NCBI RefSeq assembly: GCF_000150275.1
Contig: NW_002060946.1
Coordinates: 5,165,454 to 5,229,453, forward strand
Length of the DNA: 64,000 nucleotides
Direction of reading: 5' to 3'
Source of the DNA: Trichoplax adhaerens
Lineage: Eukaryota > Animalia > Placozoa
The position numbers and the translations under genes were made by a program. Shown piece after piece: positions 38,501-53,900 of the stretch. The notes under the pieces were generated by a model that was not told the DNA's origin, made no database searches, and saw nothing but the letters and a program-made list of their open reading frames with translations. Positions within the stretch are counted from its first letter, which is position 1, and the number at the start of each line of letters is the position of its first letter.

Positions 38501-41134
38501 ACGCCGTTGAAGTTTTCACGCAGCATGCAACGTTCATGCATGGTCTACTTTTATTACTGATTACGATAAAATCGAAAATTAAGACAGTTTTCTGTCATTC
38601 TCCTGTATTACTCTACCTGATTTATGGCAATAGTGCTCATCATTTTATTTAAAGGCATATATATCATAAATACTTTGATTATTTTCAATGGGAAAGCATT
38701 GCTTAATCATCGTTTTTGATGAAGTCTTAATAGAATAGTTTAAAGTAACTCCTTCATCTTCGCCAATCTCTTTGCCTTGGGAATGGTTATAGAACGAGTC
38801 TATAAATATTCATGAATTATAAAGGGTTACTAAATACGGAGATCGATACAGAATTATAATGAAACAAATAGGGATGGGATAACGAAGTAAATTTCATATA
38901 CTAACTAGGTTACTTGTTCAGTTTCTTCTACCTACATTTATGGGTAGTCATGATTAAAAGCTAAAAACACTTGTTTCCAACTAGTCAACTAGTAGGCTCT
39001 GAGTGTCAAAATATCTGTCAAAAAAAGTGAGAAGAGAAAGTTTGTTAGGATTTTACTTTACTTTCAAATAAGTTATTTATTTCAGTTTGAACAATCGCTC
39101 CATACAGGAGATTTGAATTTAAGTATTTTAATAACTATTATTAGAGAATAAAACTTTCTGTTCAGTTTCCTCATAAGACGGGATTAATGGAACATCTCTG
39201 TACGCTTCTTTTTTTTTGGTGTTACATGTCAAAGCCTTTAAAGCGAATATACACCCATCTGCAAGAGTACTTTAAAAAACTTCAAGTAAGCAAAACTGAA
39301 ATAGATGCACTCTTAGCGAACGATATATAGTTTATATTACGTAAAATTAATACTAAAGAGTAATCACTAAACCGGGAAGAGACTCTAATTCCCATGTATC
39401 GATGAGATTGTATTCAGCCAGAGCCAAAAGATACCAGATTCATAATTCATGCCGGTATAATAAATTAATTTTTAAAGTAAGCTTAGAAGTACAAGTTAAA
39501 TTATATCACTATAAATACCCTAATAAATAGATATGTAAAAAGGTAGCGATATAGAAGGCTTTCCTTATAATTAAGTTGTTGAATTCAAAGTTGTTTCCCA
39601 GTAGGTAAATTAGACAGAAAACATAGAAGCAGTCTCTGAGTGTTTATAGACTATTTTTGCTACTGTTTGATCTGTTTCTTTCGTTCTATTTTATATCTTT
39701 TTTACGCTCAATTTGGTCAGCAATCACATTCTATCAGGTAAATTATTCTGCTCACTTACAGAAACAAAAATCTCTTTTAAAATTGCGGCAAAACGTCTAT
39801 ATTTAACGTAAACTACAAGGTCTAGATGTTGACAGAGGAGTGGAGGAATGCTTGTACAGCAATTAGCCAGCATAGTTAGGATTACTTCAAGAAATGCAGC
39901 ACTTACTGCAAAGAGCTAAAATGAATAGTCTATTCTAACTCAATCCTAGTCATAGCATTCTTCATCAAATCGATTTGCTATTGCTACAGAAGGCAAAAGA
40001 TTTTCGATAAAACGAAGAGATGACTAGCGTTCTTTGGCTAGTATCACGTAAAGAATCACTATCAGTCTTGGCAATAGTGGTTTGTGCATAGTAAACTTCC
40101 GAACATGGAAGCATTCCGTAATTCAGTGGATGAAAGATGGCTTGGTAGTAATAAAATGTAATAAAATAAATACGACCAAACCCGCTAAATGTTGACATTT
40201 CCTTCCGAATACAGTTAACAGAAGAATAGGAGAGAAGGATGAGAAAGATCATTTCCTAATCGCCAATACATGTACCAAATTAAAACTATCAACTTTAGCC
40301 ATAATCTTAGTTTAATGAACTCGATGGGGATTATATGAAATTTTGAACTGGAAAAAACAATTTGAGAAATGGAGAAGCCCTATATATTATATATATGCCA
40401 GAGTTCTGAACACTTCTTTCTAGAACGCAGTTAATATTTTAATAGGAGAAGGATTTAGCTAATGATTTAGCAAATAAGAGAATCATTGGTCTACGTAAGA
40501 TATGAAAAACTTTTTTTCAAATTGCTATGAGTTACTTTTCAATTCGAATTTGCCCATCCCATTCTATTTGCATAAACGGAGTAATTCGAAGACAGGAAGA
40601 AAACTGGCAGACAGATGTCACATTTCAAGGCCATCGCATGATAGCTGTATCCTCCTTTTATCTACTACTTCTATTCTGATGTTGAGATTTTTTAATGACA
40701 AAGATTCTTTCTGATATCCAGTCACGCCATCATTTTTCAGAGCAATCTTATCACGAATTAAAAATAATCTGTTTTCAGTACAACCTTCGTGGAAGCAATG
40801 TTTCTAAAGTTAAATGATAAATAACTCGTTGACAATCACGATGATTGATTAAGAATGAAGAGAAACAGTGTTTTTTAGCCAAAACGAATGGCCAACATAA
40901 TCGATAATAGTGTACTGCAGGTGGAAATGCAGGCAATGTTACTAATCGAAATAATAAATATATCTATGAGTAAAATGACCTATTAAGAATAGTTATATTG
41001 GCAGTATTCCTAAACTAAAAGGCCAAATTTCTCAATGGATGTCGTCATGACAGGTTATAGTGTATTACAAATTGAGATCCAGATAATGTTAGGGATCATA
41101 ACGACAAAGGAATAAACCGTTGTCATTTTGATAG

Positions 41135-41700
41135 AGTGATACTGTGCTGTAGTAGTTCTATGCAATGGAGTATGAAAGTGGGCATTATTTATTTCCATTC
41201 TGATCTATTTAGCTAAGGCAGTATAGAGCAATCGATGAAACAGGAATATTATCTAGCTTAATAAAGAATTCTTAAAACGAATTACAGTACTTCTGCTAGA
41301 GATAAATTATTTTGCCCTGGCCTACAGTGCTGCAGTAGTTCTGCATGCGTAATTAGACCATGAAAAGTGGCACTTTTTATTTCCACTCTGATCAATGTAG
41401 CTATAAAACATTACGCAATCAATCAAAGAGGTCTATCATCTAGCTATATAAAGAATTCATTTTTGTAACGAATAGCTATTACTATAGAGCATTTTTCCCT
41501 CTTTTAGCCTTTAGTGCCATAGTAGTCCTTTATACTAGATTAGGAAAGGTGGCACTTTTTATTTCTATGCTGATCCATTTAGCTATGGCAATATAGTACA
41601 ATCAGTGAAAAAAGGCTATCATCTAGCTGGATAAAGAAGCAATTTTTGTGACGAATAGCTATTACTTAAGATCAATTTTTGCCCTATTTTGACCAGCACT
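41135..41700. repeat. Degenerate tandem array, 3 units of ~185 bp
   Basis: gtgct..agtagttc / gtggcactttttatttcc..tctgatc / atctagct..ataaagaa at ~41141, ~41325, ~41512. Confidence 0.85.
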
Positions 41701-42289
41701 CGTATTCAGCTCGGATGTACAATGTAAGGCGATCAATGGGCCATGGAATAGTAAAAATAGAAGATTGGAGTGCTCCGTGTATAGGCTAAATAGCATCCGT
41801 TGAATAAAGGATATTAAATGGGTAGAAAAGACTGGATAGAATAGATTGGTGTGATGTTAGCATCCATTGTGTCACAATATATTCATTTTAGCTATGTCTC
41901 TGACGAGCACAATCAACTCGAGAACAGTGCTAGATTGATGGACAAAATAATTCACTTATATTTAATAACACCTCGACTTGCTATACGTATTATCTTGCTA
42001 TTTGATGAGCAAAAGAATTATTTGATAATTTGGAGCTAAAGAATAGTTGATACTAGGTAAATCTATAAATAAAATTATAGTTGATGGAAGCCATTGAACA
42101 AGTCGGCTGAAGATCGGCTAGAAATCCGCACTGTACTCCAAATAAGAATTATCAGAATAATTACTAAGGCTACCCCCAATCCTTTACCCCCTATATGTGT
42201 AATAATTAACACTCGATTACTCTTTCAATTCAAAGACAAAGTATCGGAAAATAGTCTGGATTTTTCATTCAAAAAGATATAATTCGACG

Positions 42290-42555
42290 TTCATTACAAA
42301 TCCGAAGGGTACTATGAATTCACTACTATTTCAAGCTAGGTGACGAAAAACATATAATTAGCTCTTTAAGTATCGATCTATTGCCTATTTTCAAGTTCAT
42401 GCAAAAAGTCTTCGACTATAGCCTGAACTTTTCAATAAAAAAACTACCAATAAAGTTACGATCGGTGTAATTAGAGATTCATTACAAATCCAAAGCACGT
42501 AATCTGAATATAACCACTATTTTAAGACAAGAAAAGATTATAATTAGGCCTTTAG
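42290..42555. repeat. Two-copy degenerate duplication, ~188 bp spacing
   Basis: ttcattacaaatcc...actattt.aag...tataattag at ~42290 and ~42478. Confidence 0.6.
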
Positions 42556-42749
42556 TCAAGAGTTCACTTGAAAAAAGCAATGGATCACGACCGAGCAAGA
42601 GACGATTTAAACTTGTTTCTCTATGAAATGATAATTATATCCGTAATAACATAGGTATATTATTTAGTGCACTTGCATTATTTATTGTATACTTCGTTTA
42701 AGCTATGCTACTGATGCATGTGTACAAAGAATTTGATGCATAATAACTG

Positions 42750-44380
42750 CAGCTGCTATGCTTACAAATATCTACTAGAAAGTAATGGATTAATTCAAGT
42801 CGAGTTACTTTGGATAACAATTATCTGTCTAGCCAGGTAGCTATTACCAAAATGATTGATTGACTGACAGCAGTCTAGGGAAAAAGTTGATTGATAGAAG
42901 TACTGACGCATTGACAACTACTTTCCCAAATAACTTGTGAAAAGTGATTGACTGCGGCTTAGAAATTTTCGATAATAAAGGGTCTATCAAACGATCATGA
43001 CAGTATGAATCCATTCATATTTAATAATCTGTTAGAAAAGAACTACGATTAACTGTCGTCTAGAAAGTTTTTAATGAAAGAGTATCTGTATCATTAGAAT
43101 CTATACAAGTATCTATCCGTACTCAATTATGGTATCTGCTAGAAAAGAACTACATATAAATAACTGTAGTCTAGAAAACCTTTCTAATGAAAGAGTGTCT
43201 GTATCATTATGATATATACGTGTATTTATCCATCTTCAATTATAGTCTCTGTTAGAAAAGCACCATAATTAATTGTAATCTAGAAAGTTGATACTCAAAG
43301 AGTGTCTATAAAATGACGGCTTCAGTAGAAGTCTATCTATACTTAGTTACTGTATCTGTTCCAAAAATAACTACGATGGACTATCGTTTAGAAAGTGTTG
43401 AGTGATAGTGTCTATAAAAATGATTATGCATTATAGTTCTATCTATCGACGTTCAACTACAATATCTGTTAGGAAAAGGAAGACCGTAAACTAGACAATT
43501 TTAAACCAAGGAATCTGCATGCAATTATTATTCTATTACGGTTGTGCACAATCTGTCCAGTCTAGACAGTTTTTTGATGATTAATGAGTGCCTGCGAAAT
43601 GATTATTATGCCCTATCGAGCTCGATGGCAGTTAAACCTTTAGAAAATGCACTTAATTCGAGTATGCAAGTTTTTACCTAAGAAATCATAATTGTGGTAT
43701 CTAATAAGACGGATAGACATTATAAAAGTGATTGACTGAGGCTTGAAAGGTTTGGATGAATTAATGCTTAAAAAATGCCAATTGCGCTACTATCCATGTC
43801 ATTTCATGTTAGAATAGAAAGCTAGTTGACAGGAGTCTAGAAAATTGCCGATGATGAGTGAGTGCCTATTGAGTGACAACCATCTATCAAGTCTAATATT
43901 TATAGGAAAAGCAATTGATTGCAGTCTACAGATTGAAGGATAAAAGAGTAGCTATCGAATGATTGTCTGTAATATTGGCCAGATAGCCTTTAGGAAAGTG
44001 ATTGATTATAGTTTAGAATTAATTGGACAAAAGACTACCTATGGCATGATTATTACTTACGGTGTCTAGTCGCGTTACCATTATAAGTATCATCTATAGA
44101 CAAGCTAGAAATTTGAAAGAACATTTAAGGAATCGTGACTAGTCTCGGTAGGAATTCATTATAGGATTCATTATTGTCAGTTAATTTTGATGAATGAGTA
44201 TCCTGTGGATAGATTGTTGTTTCTTAGTTGGGTTATCTCGTAGAAAGATCTATAGTTTAAAATTACTGACTAAAGCAGACGCCGAGAAGGATCACTAACG
44301 GCCTGTCCAAGCATCAACGGAAAGCGTTTAATCGCTATCTGGAAACTTTTAATTATAAGACTAACTTATGGTACGGAGAT
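42750..44380. repeat. Long, highly degenerate tandem array, ~90-110 bp units
   Basis: Recurring tagaaaag...(g)attgact...tctagaaa...gagtgtctat blocks; best-conserved units start ~43030, 43140, 43250, 43360. Confidence 0.7.
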
Positions 44381-44389
44381 CTCTCTTAT

Positions 44390-44900
44390 GAGACACTCGT
44401 GGGAAAGCTAACAAAGGATAATTTGGATTTTAAGTTTCAAATTGTCATAACAGGCTTAAAAATATGCAATGACATAGTCACCTTGTGAGCTATTGAGCTA
44501 TCTAGTGAGATGTTTTACGAGAAAATTAATAAAGTATAGGCTAAATCTTAAACTAAACTGTCTCTTACAAGGTTCAAAAGTGTGCAATGACATGGTCATC
44601 GAGCATGGGAAGATCAATAAATTTATATTCTAAATTTTAAATTAAACTATCATAAAGTGGCTCCAAAACAAGCTAAGAGGCAGTCAGCTAGGCAGATATG
44701 CAGTTATATACCCACGGGGAAAAATTAATAAATATATAATCTGGATTTTAAGCGATCGCTAAAGGTTCAAAAATAAGCAATGGCATCGTTAGCTGGCCAA
44801 ATATCTAGGTAGATGCCCAGGAGAAGCCAAGAAAGAACATTGTTGATTCTAAATGAAATTGTCATCAAAGGTTGAAAAATAAGCAATGATATAGTCAACT
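44390..44900. repeat. Degenerate tandem array, ~100-120 bp units
   Basis: aaggtt.aaaaat..gcaatg..at.gtca at ~44452, 44569, 44762, 44869. Confidence 0.7.
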
Positions 44901-47900
44901 ACCGAGATTTCATTTGTAAAGGTGAGAAATTGGAGCAGATCATTTAAGGCAATATTATTATGAAAGAAAGACGATTGAGTTTTAATTCTTTTAATCTCGC
45001 TACCTAGAAGAATAATAATGATTTGAACTAACTATTGAATCAAAGCGATATATTAAATTATAGTTTGCTATTGAGCTACAGATTTCGATTTAGAACGTGA
45101 TATATTACAGCCAGTAATTGAAAGTAAATAGCACTTTATCAACCAAAGGTAAATAGATTAATTGATAGCTATCTTTCGAACTGTAGATTATTATATTAAT
45201 ACGATGGCATAAAACAACAGTCGTAACTTAATGTATATTATATCGTAATAGAATACTAGAATAACGAATAACGCAAAAGTACAATCAGTTATTAATTTAA
45301 GGCTATAGAAATAGATGAAAATTTAAGCAATGCGGTAATAGTGTGATTACTTTCAATCTAAATTACTCCCTTTGCAATCATTGACTAACTTCACTTTTAC
45401 GACTGTATACTGTATACTGTATACCTAAATAACCAGACGATACTATTAAATAACAAAATGGTTTGGTTTATTACAAATGTTTAATTAAAAGCTACGATTT
45501 TAATACTGAAACATCAAAGTCGGCAAGTAATAGCCTACTTTCCTTTTCTGTTATTGGCATTGAAACGAACTTTTTATTCACTCTATATTGTAAAAAATAA
45601 AAATATCAGCGTTAACCTTGTTGTCTGCTTTGCTTTTCAATTGGCTATCAATCAAGCTATCAATCATAGTATTGTCTATCTCTATTAAATGCCACATCCT
45701 GGAGAAGTTACATCAACTCTAAATCTTCATTCAATCAATTATATCTATTCAATTATAGTAGAACTAGCATAATTCATCATCCCACATCTTTCTATAACAA
45801 GCTTAACATGACATACTATAAACACAATATTAAAACATATATAATCAAGATGGATAACAACATCAATAAATCAATCATGTCTGTGTTAAAAATAGCGCAA
45901 AATTTTGATTGACAAGTTGATTGATGTTATTGTAAAAGTAATGGACATCTCCTTCCGTAGCCATGTAGCTTTGTTAATGATGGGCCCATTTTAAATACAA
46001 ATTATCGAAAACGATAATAGACGTAATTTGAATTCAGCTCATACCTTTATTTTAATCAAGCGGAAAATTGAAACTGACAGCTCTTTAAGCTTGCATAGAC
46101 TTGAATATTATAGATTAATCTATTACAGAAAATATTCTTACATTGGTATTCTATGCTAAAGATTTAGCTATAATGAAAGAAATAAGATTGCGTGATCGTT
46201 ATCAATTTGAAATCGTAGTTTTTGAACAATCCGTTTTCATAGCTGGCATGGTGCACAGCAAATAATTATTATCGTAGTAAGATTGAATTGGATCACTGTA
46301 TAACATTACAGCTATTTTAGTAAACTTGTCAGTTTAATTTCCAAGTTCATTTCGTTAGTAAGAATTTAATATATGTATTTCTTTTATGGAAATACAATCG
46401 CAACCTCCTAGATTTATTTGATTTGATTAGGATATTAAATGATCCTGTACTATTACGTTTGGGGCCTGTGAAATAATCCCTTTAATTTAATTTCCTATTC
46501 CAAACTTTTAAATCCTTCATCACGACGTCATTCTGCCTGTCCTGGCGAAATTGTTACCATTTCAATTGTTAGCACCTTAATTAATCAAATCTGACCACAT
46601 TTGAATCTTTTTCTATAGTAGCCATCTGTATCGTGATAGTGTAATCTGATGAATTCTTCCAGGTTGACAGCTTAGATTGATTGCTGTAAAATTTTATTTA
46701 GCATCTTTATCGTGGGAAATGGAAATTATAGTATTGTGAATACTGTCATTTTATTTGATTAAGTTTAAACTGATTATCGGCAATAGTTAAAATTGTCATC
46801 CAATAGTAAGATATTATAGCAGTGATTTTACGTAAGAAACGATACGTTCAATATGTATCAATCAAATTCGAATTACTTTCCTATCGATATCTATGATAAA
46901 GTGTCTTCTCAAAAATATAACAAGAACTAGAGTTTCTCGTAAATTTCACTTTATTACATAAGATTACGTTCACCTTACAACTACCAAAGACTATCTAACT
47001 GCAATCAGACTACATAATCTTAGTCTTAAGCTTATTTGGGCTTCACTACAATTTCATAAAATAAACATTTCGGGGATTTTATTCTATAGAGTTGATTTTA
47101 ATTATGTTAGTCCTTAACGCATCTCTTGTTACAAGTTCACGAAGATATACTTTATACTAGAGCAATTTGGATGGAAAAATAACGATATTGACCATAATTT
47201 CAAGAATTCGATCCATATTCGTGGATCAGTCAATTTAAATTACAATACATTTATTACAACATTCGAAATAGGTAGCATATGATTAGATCAAAAATAAACG
47301 ATATTTAAGAATAAATTCATGGCCTCCAACGGATTGGTTCCTACGCTTTGCTTTGTATTATATAGCGATAAAATCATACAAGCTGTCATTAAAATAAGAC
47401 AATTCAAATACAATTTTCTTTCAAAAAATGTTATAGAAGGGATCCTAGGCCTTAACATTCAATAAAGTGCTTCAATTCCTAATAGATCATGCTGCAAAAT
47501 TAATCTAAGCTGTAATGACTACTAACGATGCATAAATGTTTACTGTTTTGCTAGAAAAACCTTGAATAGGAAATATGGGGTCCGGTAATTGAGCTAATCG
47601 ATGACGAGTTATAGGAAATTAATGAATATATAATATCACATTAGCAAATAAACAGCCTTATGTTTACATTTTCTATTATATTAATTTGCGCTTTGTTTAT
47701 GTAAAAATATATACAAAAAATCTTATCAGGATTACCATGATGGTTAAGTTTAAATAGCTATTGGCTGATACACTGGGCATCAGCAATTTAAAAACTCATT
47801 TTTTGTCGAGAATTATAGAAATGTAGTAGAATCTATCTCATAATTAATATCGAAGAAAAATGTAGGGTTCATTTCGATTTATTTTATTCATAAAATTAGG

Positions 47901-50900
47901 ATTTGAAAATATCTTTAAGTGCATTTATAATACTTAAAGCTACTATTAGATAAATCTTTCAGCTACGAAATCCTCAGAGAGCATATTAATTCCTGTTCCA
48001 AAATTGGCCGTATACATATAATGAAATATAAAGGAAGATGCTAGCTTTGCTCTTTTGTTAATAAAGTAAAAATATCTAATTCCTACAAGATTATTTTAAT
48101 TGGACTATTGAGCATTAAAACACTGTAGATACCTTAAGCAAGAGTACATGTTCAACTGTTATTAGTGTTAATCTTTTACAAGAATAATATAACAATGTGA
48201 AAGGATCATATAAACGAAAAGTGGTACGTAAAATTACGGTAAAAGATTGGGGATATCTGACCTTAGCTCAGCCTACTTTCCATCAATTAAGATCTCAAAT
48301 TATTATAATCACTACGACCAGAGTACTACGCTACCAATACTGTAGCCTTTGATAGTTGTTTATAATTATCGGTAATTTCTTAAAAAAGTTGCCTATTGCT
48401 TTAGCTGAGCGTACTGTAACCAATAAAATGGCAATTAAATGGGCAGGACTACCGATACATTTTTAGTTTTTATTTGCAACTGTAATTTTTAGTTTTATCC
48501 TTCATCGCTGTACCATTGTAATGAGCCTAGATCACATTATAAGCTAAATTCTTTTCTGTACAAATTAAATACCAATGGGCTATTATCTAGTAATGTCTAT
48601 AGGACCTATTTCCTATGCATATGGATATTAATCACATTCTCGAAATAATTTAAATACGTACTATAGCGCACTGGCTGTTTTTATTAAGGCGTAGTCTATT
48701 GTTAAACAATGGCGAAAAATAAAGCTCCGTATCCAACAGTTTAAAAATTTGTTGGAATTTCATGTTCGCTCTCAATCTCGTTTCTATGCTATACTAACAT
48801 TTGACTGAACAGAAATATCCTTATTAGTTATATTGCAGAAGCTCGTGGATACTGTAAATATTATTATCAACATTCAGAGTTTGCACTATATATCGATTCT
48901 TGGCAAAATAGTAGTATACAATACTATCCTTGAATGGCTTTTGTATAACGAATTTTGTTTACATCTTACTCGTATACAAGATATACAATACGCTATTGTC
49001 AATTTCTGCTTACATCAGATATTCACACATATGCTTAGTAAAAAAATGGGCATATCGAATAGTATGGTGATAGTAATCGTAGTCGTACTGATTTTATTAC
49101 TGATTTTGAATGTTTTTAGTACGGTAACAAGCTTAATGAAAAATAAACTAACAAAAACTTCCTTGCTATCCTACACAATCTAATGCTGTAAAACACTTAT
49201 TTAATTAATGTAATATACAAACAAAAGCAATATCAAATTAAACTGGAAATTGAATTGAAGGACACGGTGGATCTTATACCATAATTCCAGTAATTATATC
49301 ATAACAAAGTAACGGAACTGAAATCATTTCATTAATATTAAAAATCGAACTTTCTCAATAGCAATCTTGATCAATATTTTAATTCTGTTATATTATAATT
49401 ATTGAATGGAATCTTATTTAGGAACCGGTAATTATCGAAATTTAATTTCTAACATTTATATGGGTTACTTCAAGCAATAAGAGTCTTGTAATATCACCCA
49501 ATAAGATTTTAATTAAGAATTGGTAACGCGATTAGTATAGAATATTCTAAACCTTTCTTCTCTCTCCATCGATTGATGCAATAAAAGATTTATCAATTGT
49601 TCTTCTCTTGTACAAATCATGTCTACATTGTGTACTCATTCTCTTGTCAGTCAAATTTATCAATGCTCTCTTAATCCTGATGATTTTCTGTAGTAACTGA
49701 TCTAACAGGGAAATTCAATTTAATTAACTGTCATCCATTACAGAGAAATGATAATGTAATTCGATGGCTTCCATCGTCCCATAGAGAGATATTAGATTCT
49801 AAATTACAATCAATGACGTCACACACGGTAAAAATTAGATAAAGCAATATTGTTTTGGGAAATGATGGTAAAATAATCAGATTGACGTCATTTAATTACT
49901 TTAAGAAATGATTATAAAAACAATTTTATTCAAAAGATATGTTCAAGAGCGATAATCACGCAAAATTAATAATTCCACCGTGTTGATGATTGATTGATCG
50001 TTGAAAGATATGAACATTTTTAATTTTGACTTCAAATATTACTATATCAGATATCAAATAGATGACAGAGTTAATAAGATTCTAGATTAGTCTAATATTT
50101 AGAATAACAGGGATTGATTTGGTGGGTTATAGCTAATTGCAAGAAACATTGGTGAAATCTGGAATATTTCAATATTTTAAACGATATTAAATATTTAATC
50201 TATCCGGAATATCAACTGACATACTGGGCAATTAGATGTTTAGAAAGATGGCATGGGTATTATTGATTAGTTCAGGATTTAAAAGGAACTGAAAATTATA
50301 CTGAATATTTGTCATCCATACCAGTAGCTATCGGTTATAATGAGAAAATTTCATTTATGAATTTAGACGTTACATAAGCTATCGTTCACATTAGATATTA
50401 TTGGCTGTAACACAATAATATTAAGAATTCGAATAAAAAATCAGCTTTTTCTATATAAAATTTCGGTAAAAATGTTTGACTAGTGGCTGACATAGTAGCA
50501 ATCATTTACAATATTGATATACGCCAAGAGGTATGTAAAAATAAAATTCATTTACAAAAATGAATATAACTACCGTGTTCTACTATTACACTATATATTT
50601 TATTATATCGTAAAATTTATGATCTATCTATTTTTATTACTTGCTATATTTTAGCGTCGTGATTACGATAAGCACAAACAGAGATGAATATGAATTGCTT
50701 TATGTTGCGAAATTTCTGATAAATAAGCTAGGAACCATCCTCTTGTTCCGATTAATACCTATCGCCGCCGGAGTTTACATTTTAGAATAAAATAATAACA
50801 TAAATACTATAAATAACGCTTTAAACTTGAAAAAAGACTTTTAAACTTTATATCGTTGCAATTGTGATAACTACGTTAATCTTAAAATTAAATTTTGATC

Positions 50901-53900
50901 ATAAGCCACCTTTATTACGAAGTAATGAAATTTAAGCATTGTAAAGTCAAGATGAATTTAATTTACTTTCAACAACTTAAGACGTGAACTGGTGCGAAAA
51001 ATTACAACATTATATATAAAATATCTTTTAATAGCTTCATGCTAACATCCTGTGTATGATATTTTATAATACACCAGCCTATAACATAACCCTATGCTAT
51101 AACAACTTTATGACGGCCATTAAATAGGTTTACCACTTAACAAGATCCAATGTTGGACCTTATATTTTGCAATCGTCTTGAGCGACTACTGTATGCTAAC
51201 AACAAGCGAAATATTGTCAAGTTACCAATATTTTAAATTACACTTTTAGTCTTGCTTAGTATATATTTATTTATTATATATGGATATGAAAGCATAAAAA
51301 AATCAGAAGTTAAACGTACTGAATGATGTTTTTGTTCCTAACACTTGATAATGCTTAGATACTGGCTCTGCCTCATCATAGATAGAATAATATTGAAATG
51401 CAATCTTAAAGCACTAGTTGAGATATTTTGTAACCGCAACCATAATAATATAAAATATGATTGCCACTTTTATGGCGAAATCATGTAATACAGGTAATAT
51501 GTTTATGCCAAAATCAAAGCAATGGTTGTAGGGAGAGGTGGACGGAATTTTAACAAAGAAGTACTTGAATAAAAGTTTAATCAGTTAATTGAAGACTCTA
51601 GTGTTTTAAACAGAATGTTATTACATAAATTCTCGCTGTAGCTATTACAACCTAACTGAATTTTGAAAAAAAGAATTAAGTATTATACTTTACATGCTAT
51701 AAATTTCAATTGAATCGGAAAAAAAATAATTTGACTACTAGAGATAATTTAAAAAGGCAATGGATATCTTAACTCAAACAAGGAACAATTCTGTAATTAG
51801 AAATTATTTTGTGCTAACATGTATAATTCTCTAATTGTAAGAAATTTTATGTTAGTAAGTACAATTCCCTTTTGATATAATCCGGATGAATGAAACTAAT
51901 GAGGATAATCTTTAAGAGAATGAACCTTTCTTGTGACATACATTAACCTTACATAGAGAAAAATTTTAAAATTTATTACTATCTAATGTATAATAAACAG
52001 AATGTATGATTTGATAGGGATTCTTTTACGGCATGATTAGCCCTCCTTTTAATCAATGGTAAAAGTCAATATAAAAATAGTTTATTATTAAATTTTCGGT
52101 AAAGAATGAGTTGAAAATTCTCATGAGTAATGCAAAAGAAAAACGTTGATAAAATACAATCAATTTAATTGATTGTATTGAGATCAAGATGATGGATAGA
52201 TATCTAACTATCCCATTACTTGATACTTGACGTCCTTGATGTGTAAGTCATTATTTATCGCTTAATCTATGTTAATGTAGAGAAATAACATAGTAGATTG
52301 ATTGTATTTTTATTGACTAGGCAACCGTTGTGGATTCGATTGATAAACATGTAGTTATTGTAAATTGATATGTAATCGATGTTGAAAATAATGTACAATC
52401 ATCCCACTCTGACAATTTTTAATGTCGATTCAATTCTTCTTTCTTCTGACATTGATTTTGTTGCGAACTACAATAACCTATGGTAGCAAGGGGCAAATAA
52501 TAGTTTGATTAATTATTGATGATAATATTATCAGCTTGAGTTGTCATTAAATCATTTATTCATTACCGGGATAGAAAATGAAAATATTCTAAACTTTTGA
52601 TCATTCTATGTGTCATGTCTTACTATCACCATGTTTTGCTATCCTGTTGTCCTGATGAAACTGTATCCATAACAACAGGGTGGATTCGATTCATTCAATG
52701 GAGAACAAGGGAGTTGTTGTCATCATTATCATTATTAGTATGCGGCACATCAATCAGAATTTACTTTTCAATAGAATAGAAGGAAATAATAATCATTATG
52801 GTATATTCCAGACATGAATGCCGGTCTTGTTTAAGAATTTTAGATTGCATCTACTACACAATACCTAATTACGTTGTCCATGTCGATGATAATAGACATG
52901 TGCGTTGAATGTCATGGCTTGTCTTCTTCATACGTATTAGGCTGATTATCGTCGATTAATCTATGTATGGAATTATTCAAATCTTGAATTTCTTTCTATT
53001 CTATCTATTCTATGATTGACAGATAGAATGAAAAGGAAACATGATATGGAATGAAAATGTCATCTATTGATGATAAATGATTGAACATTGTCTATAAAAT
53101 GAATCAATGCAGCAAATAAAAATATAGGATTCAAATTGATGTCATCTATGGGTAAAAGACATCATCAATTTTCAATGCCTAATTATCATTAAGTAAAAGA
53201 CAAAAAAATCAGACACAATAAAACTCAATAGCACATGATGTTGATAACACTGGGAAAATTAACTTGAATAATCATATCTGACTATTGTATTAAAAGGGCA
53301 TATTAGAATATTCCTTCATTAGGAGACTGTCGATCAAAGTCTGCCTCTGTATTTTCCCATTATTTATTTCGATCGATCTAAATATAGTAGTTAGGAAAGC
53401 ATATTAGAACAGTAATGCTTATGAATACTTTAGTGAAAAATTAATTAAACTAGGCTTGACAAATGTTCATCTTAGTCGACCACTCAGCAATCAGTTTTTT
53501 TAGCTATTATGTATCCAAATAAGGCATAGATTTGTTATAGAATCATCATGTTTCTTCAAATGATAATCCATCAACTCACGTACCGGTACTCCTTGTTAAG
53601 TAATTATTAAATCATATTAATTATAAGGTGAATTTACTGTTTATCGACTATGTGACTATCATTAAAGAAGTAGCACCTGATAAAATTATTAAAGGCAAAT
53701 TTACATCCATGTCCATGTTGTTCAACAATAACATATTGCATATAATCCAATGATGATAGGACTCCTATTTTTATCTATATAAACTGTACATTTTTTGTTG
53801 TTATTGTTGTGAAGTTATTCTTAGTCATTGTAAATACCAGTAATATCTTGAACGGTTTCACGTTCATCTTTTTTTCCTATAGAATTAAAAAAAATAGTAA

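Noticed and set aside
39740-40260. Slightly GC-richer stretch and 95-aa minus ORF as a hidden gene or Sowah/FTO remnant
   Set aside because: No recognisable domain or ankyrin motifs, stops in the plus-strand frames examined, no coherent exon chain; a lncRNA cannot be excluded without RNA-seq
34700-44900. Periodic repeats as a CRISPR-like array
   Set aside because: Whole units are similar and degenerate, with no invariant repeat plus unique spacers, no cas genes, and a eukaryotic context
48833-49183. 116-aa hydrophobic ORF
   Set aside because: Non-ATG start, I/L/V bias expected from AT-rich DNA, no recognised homology
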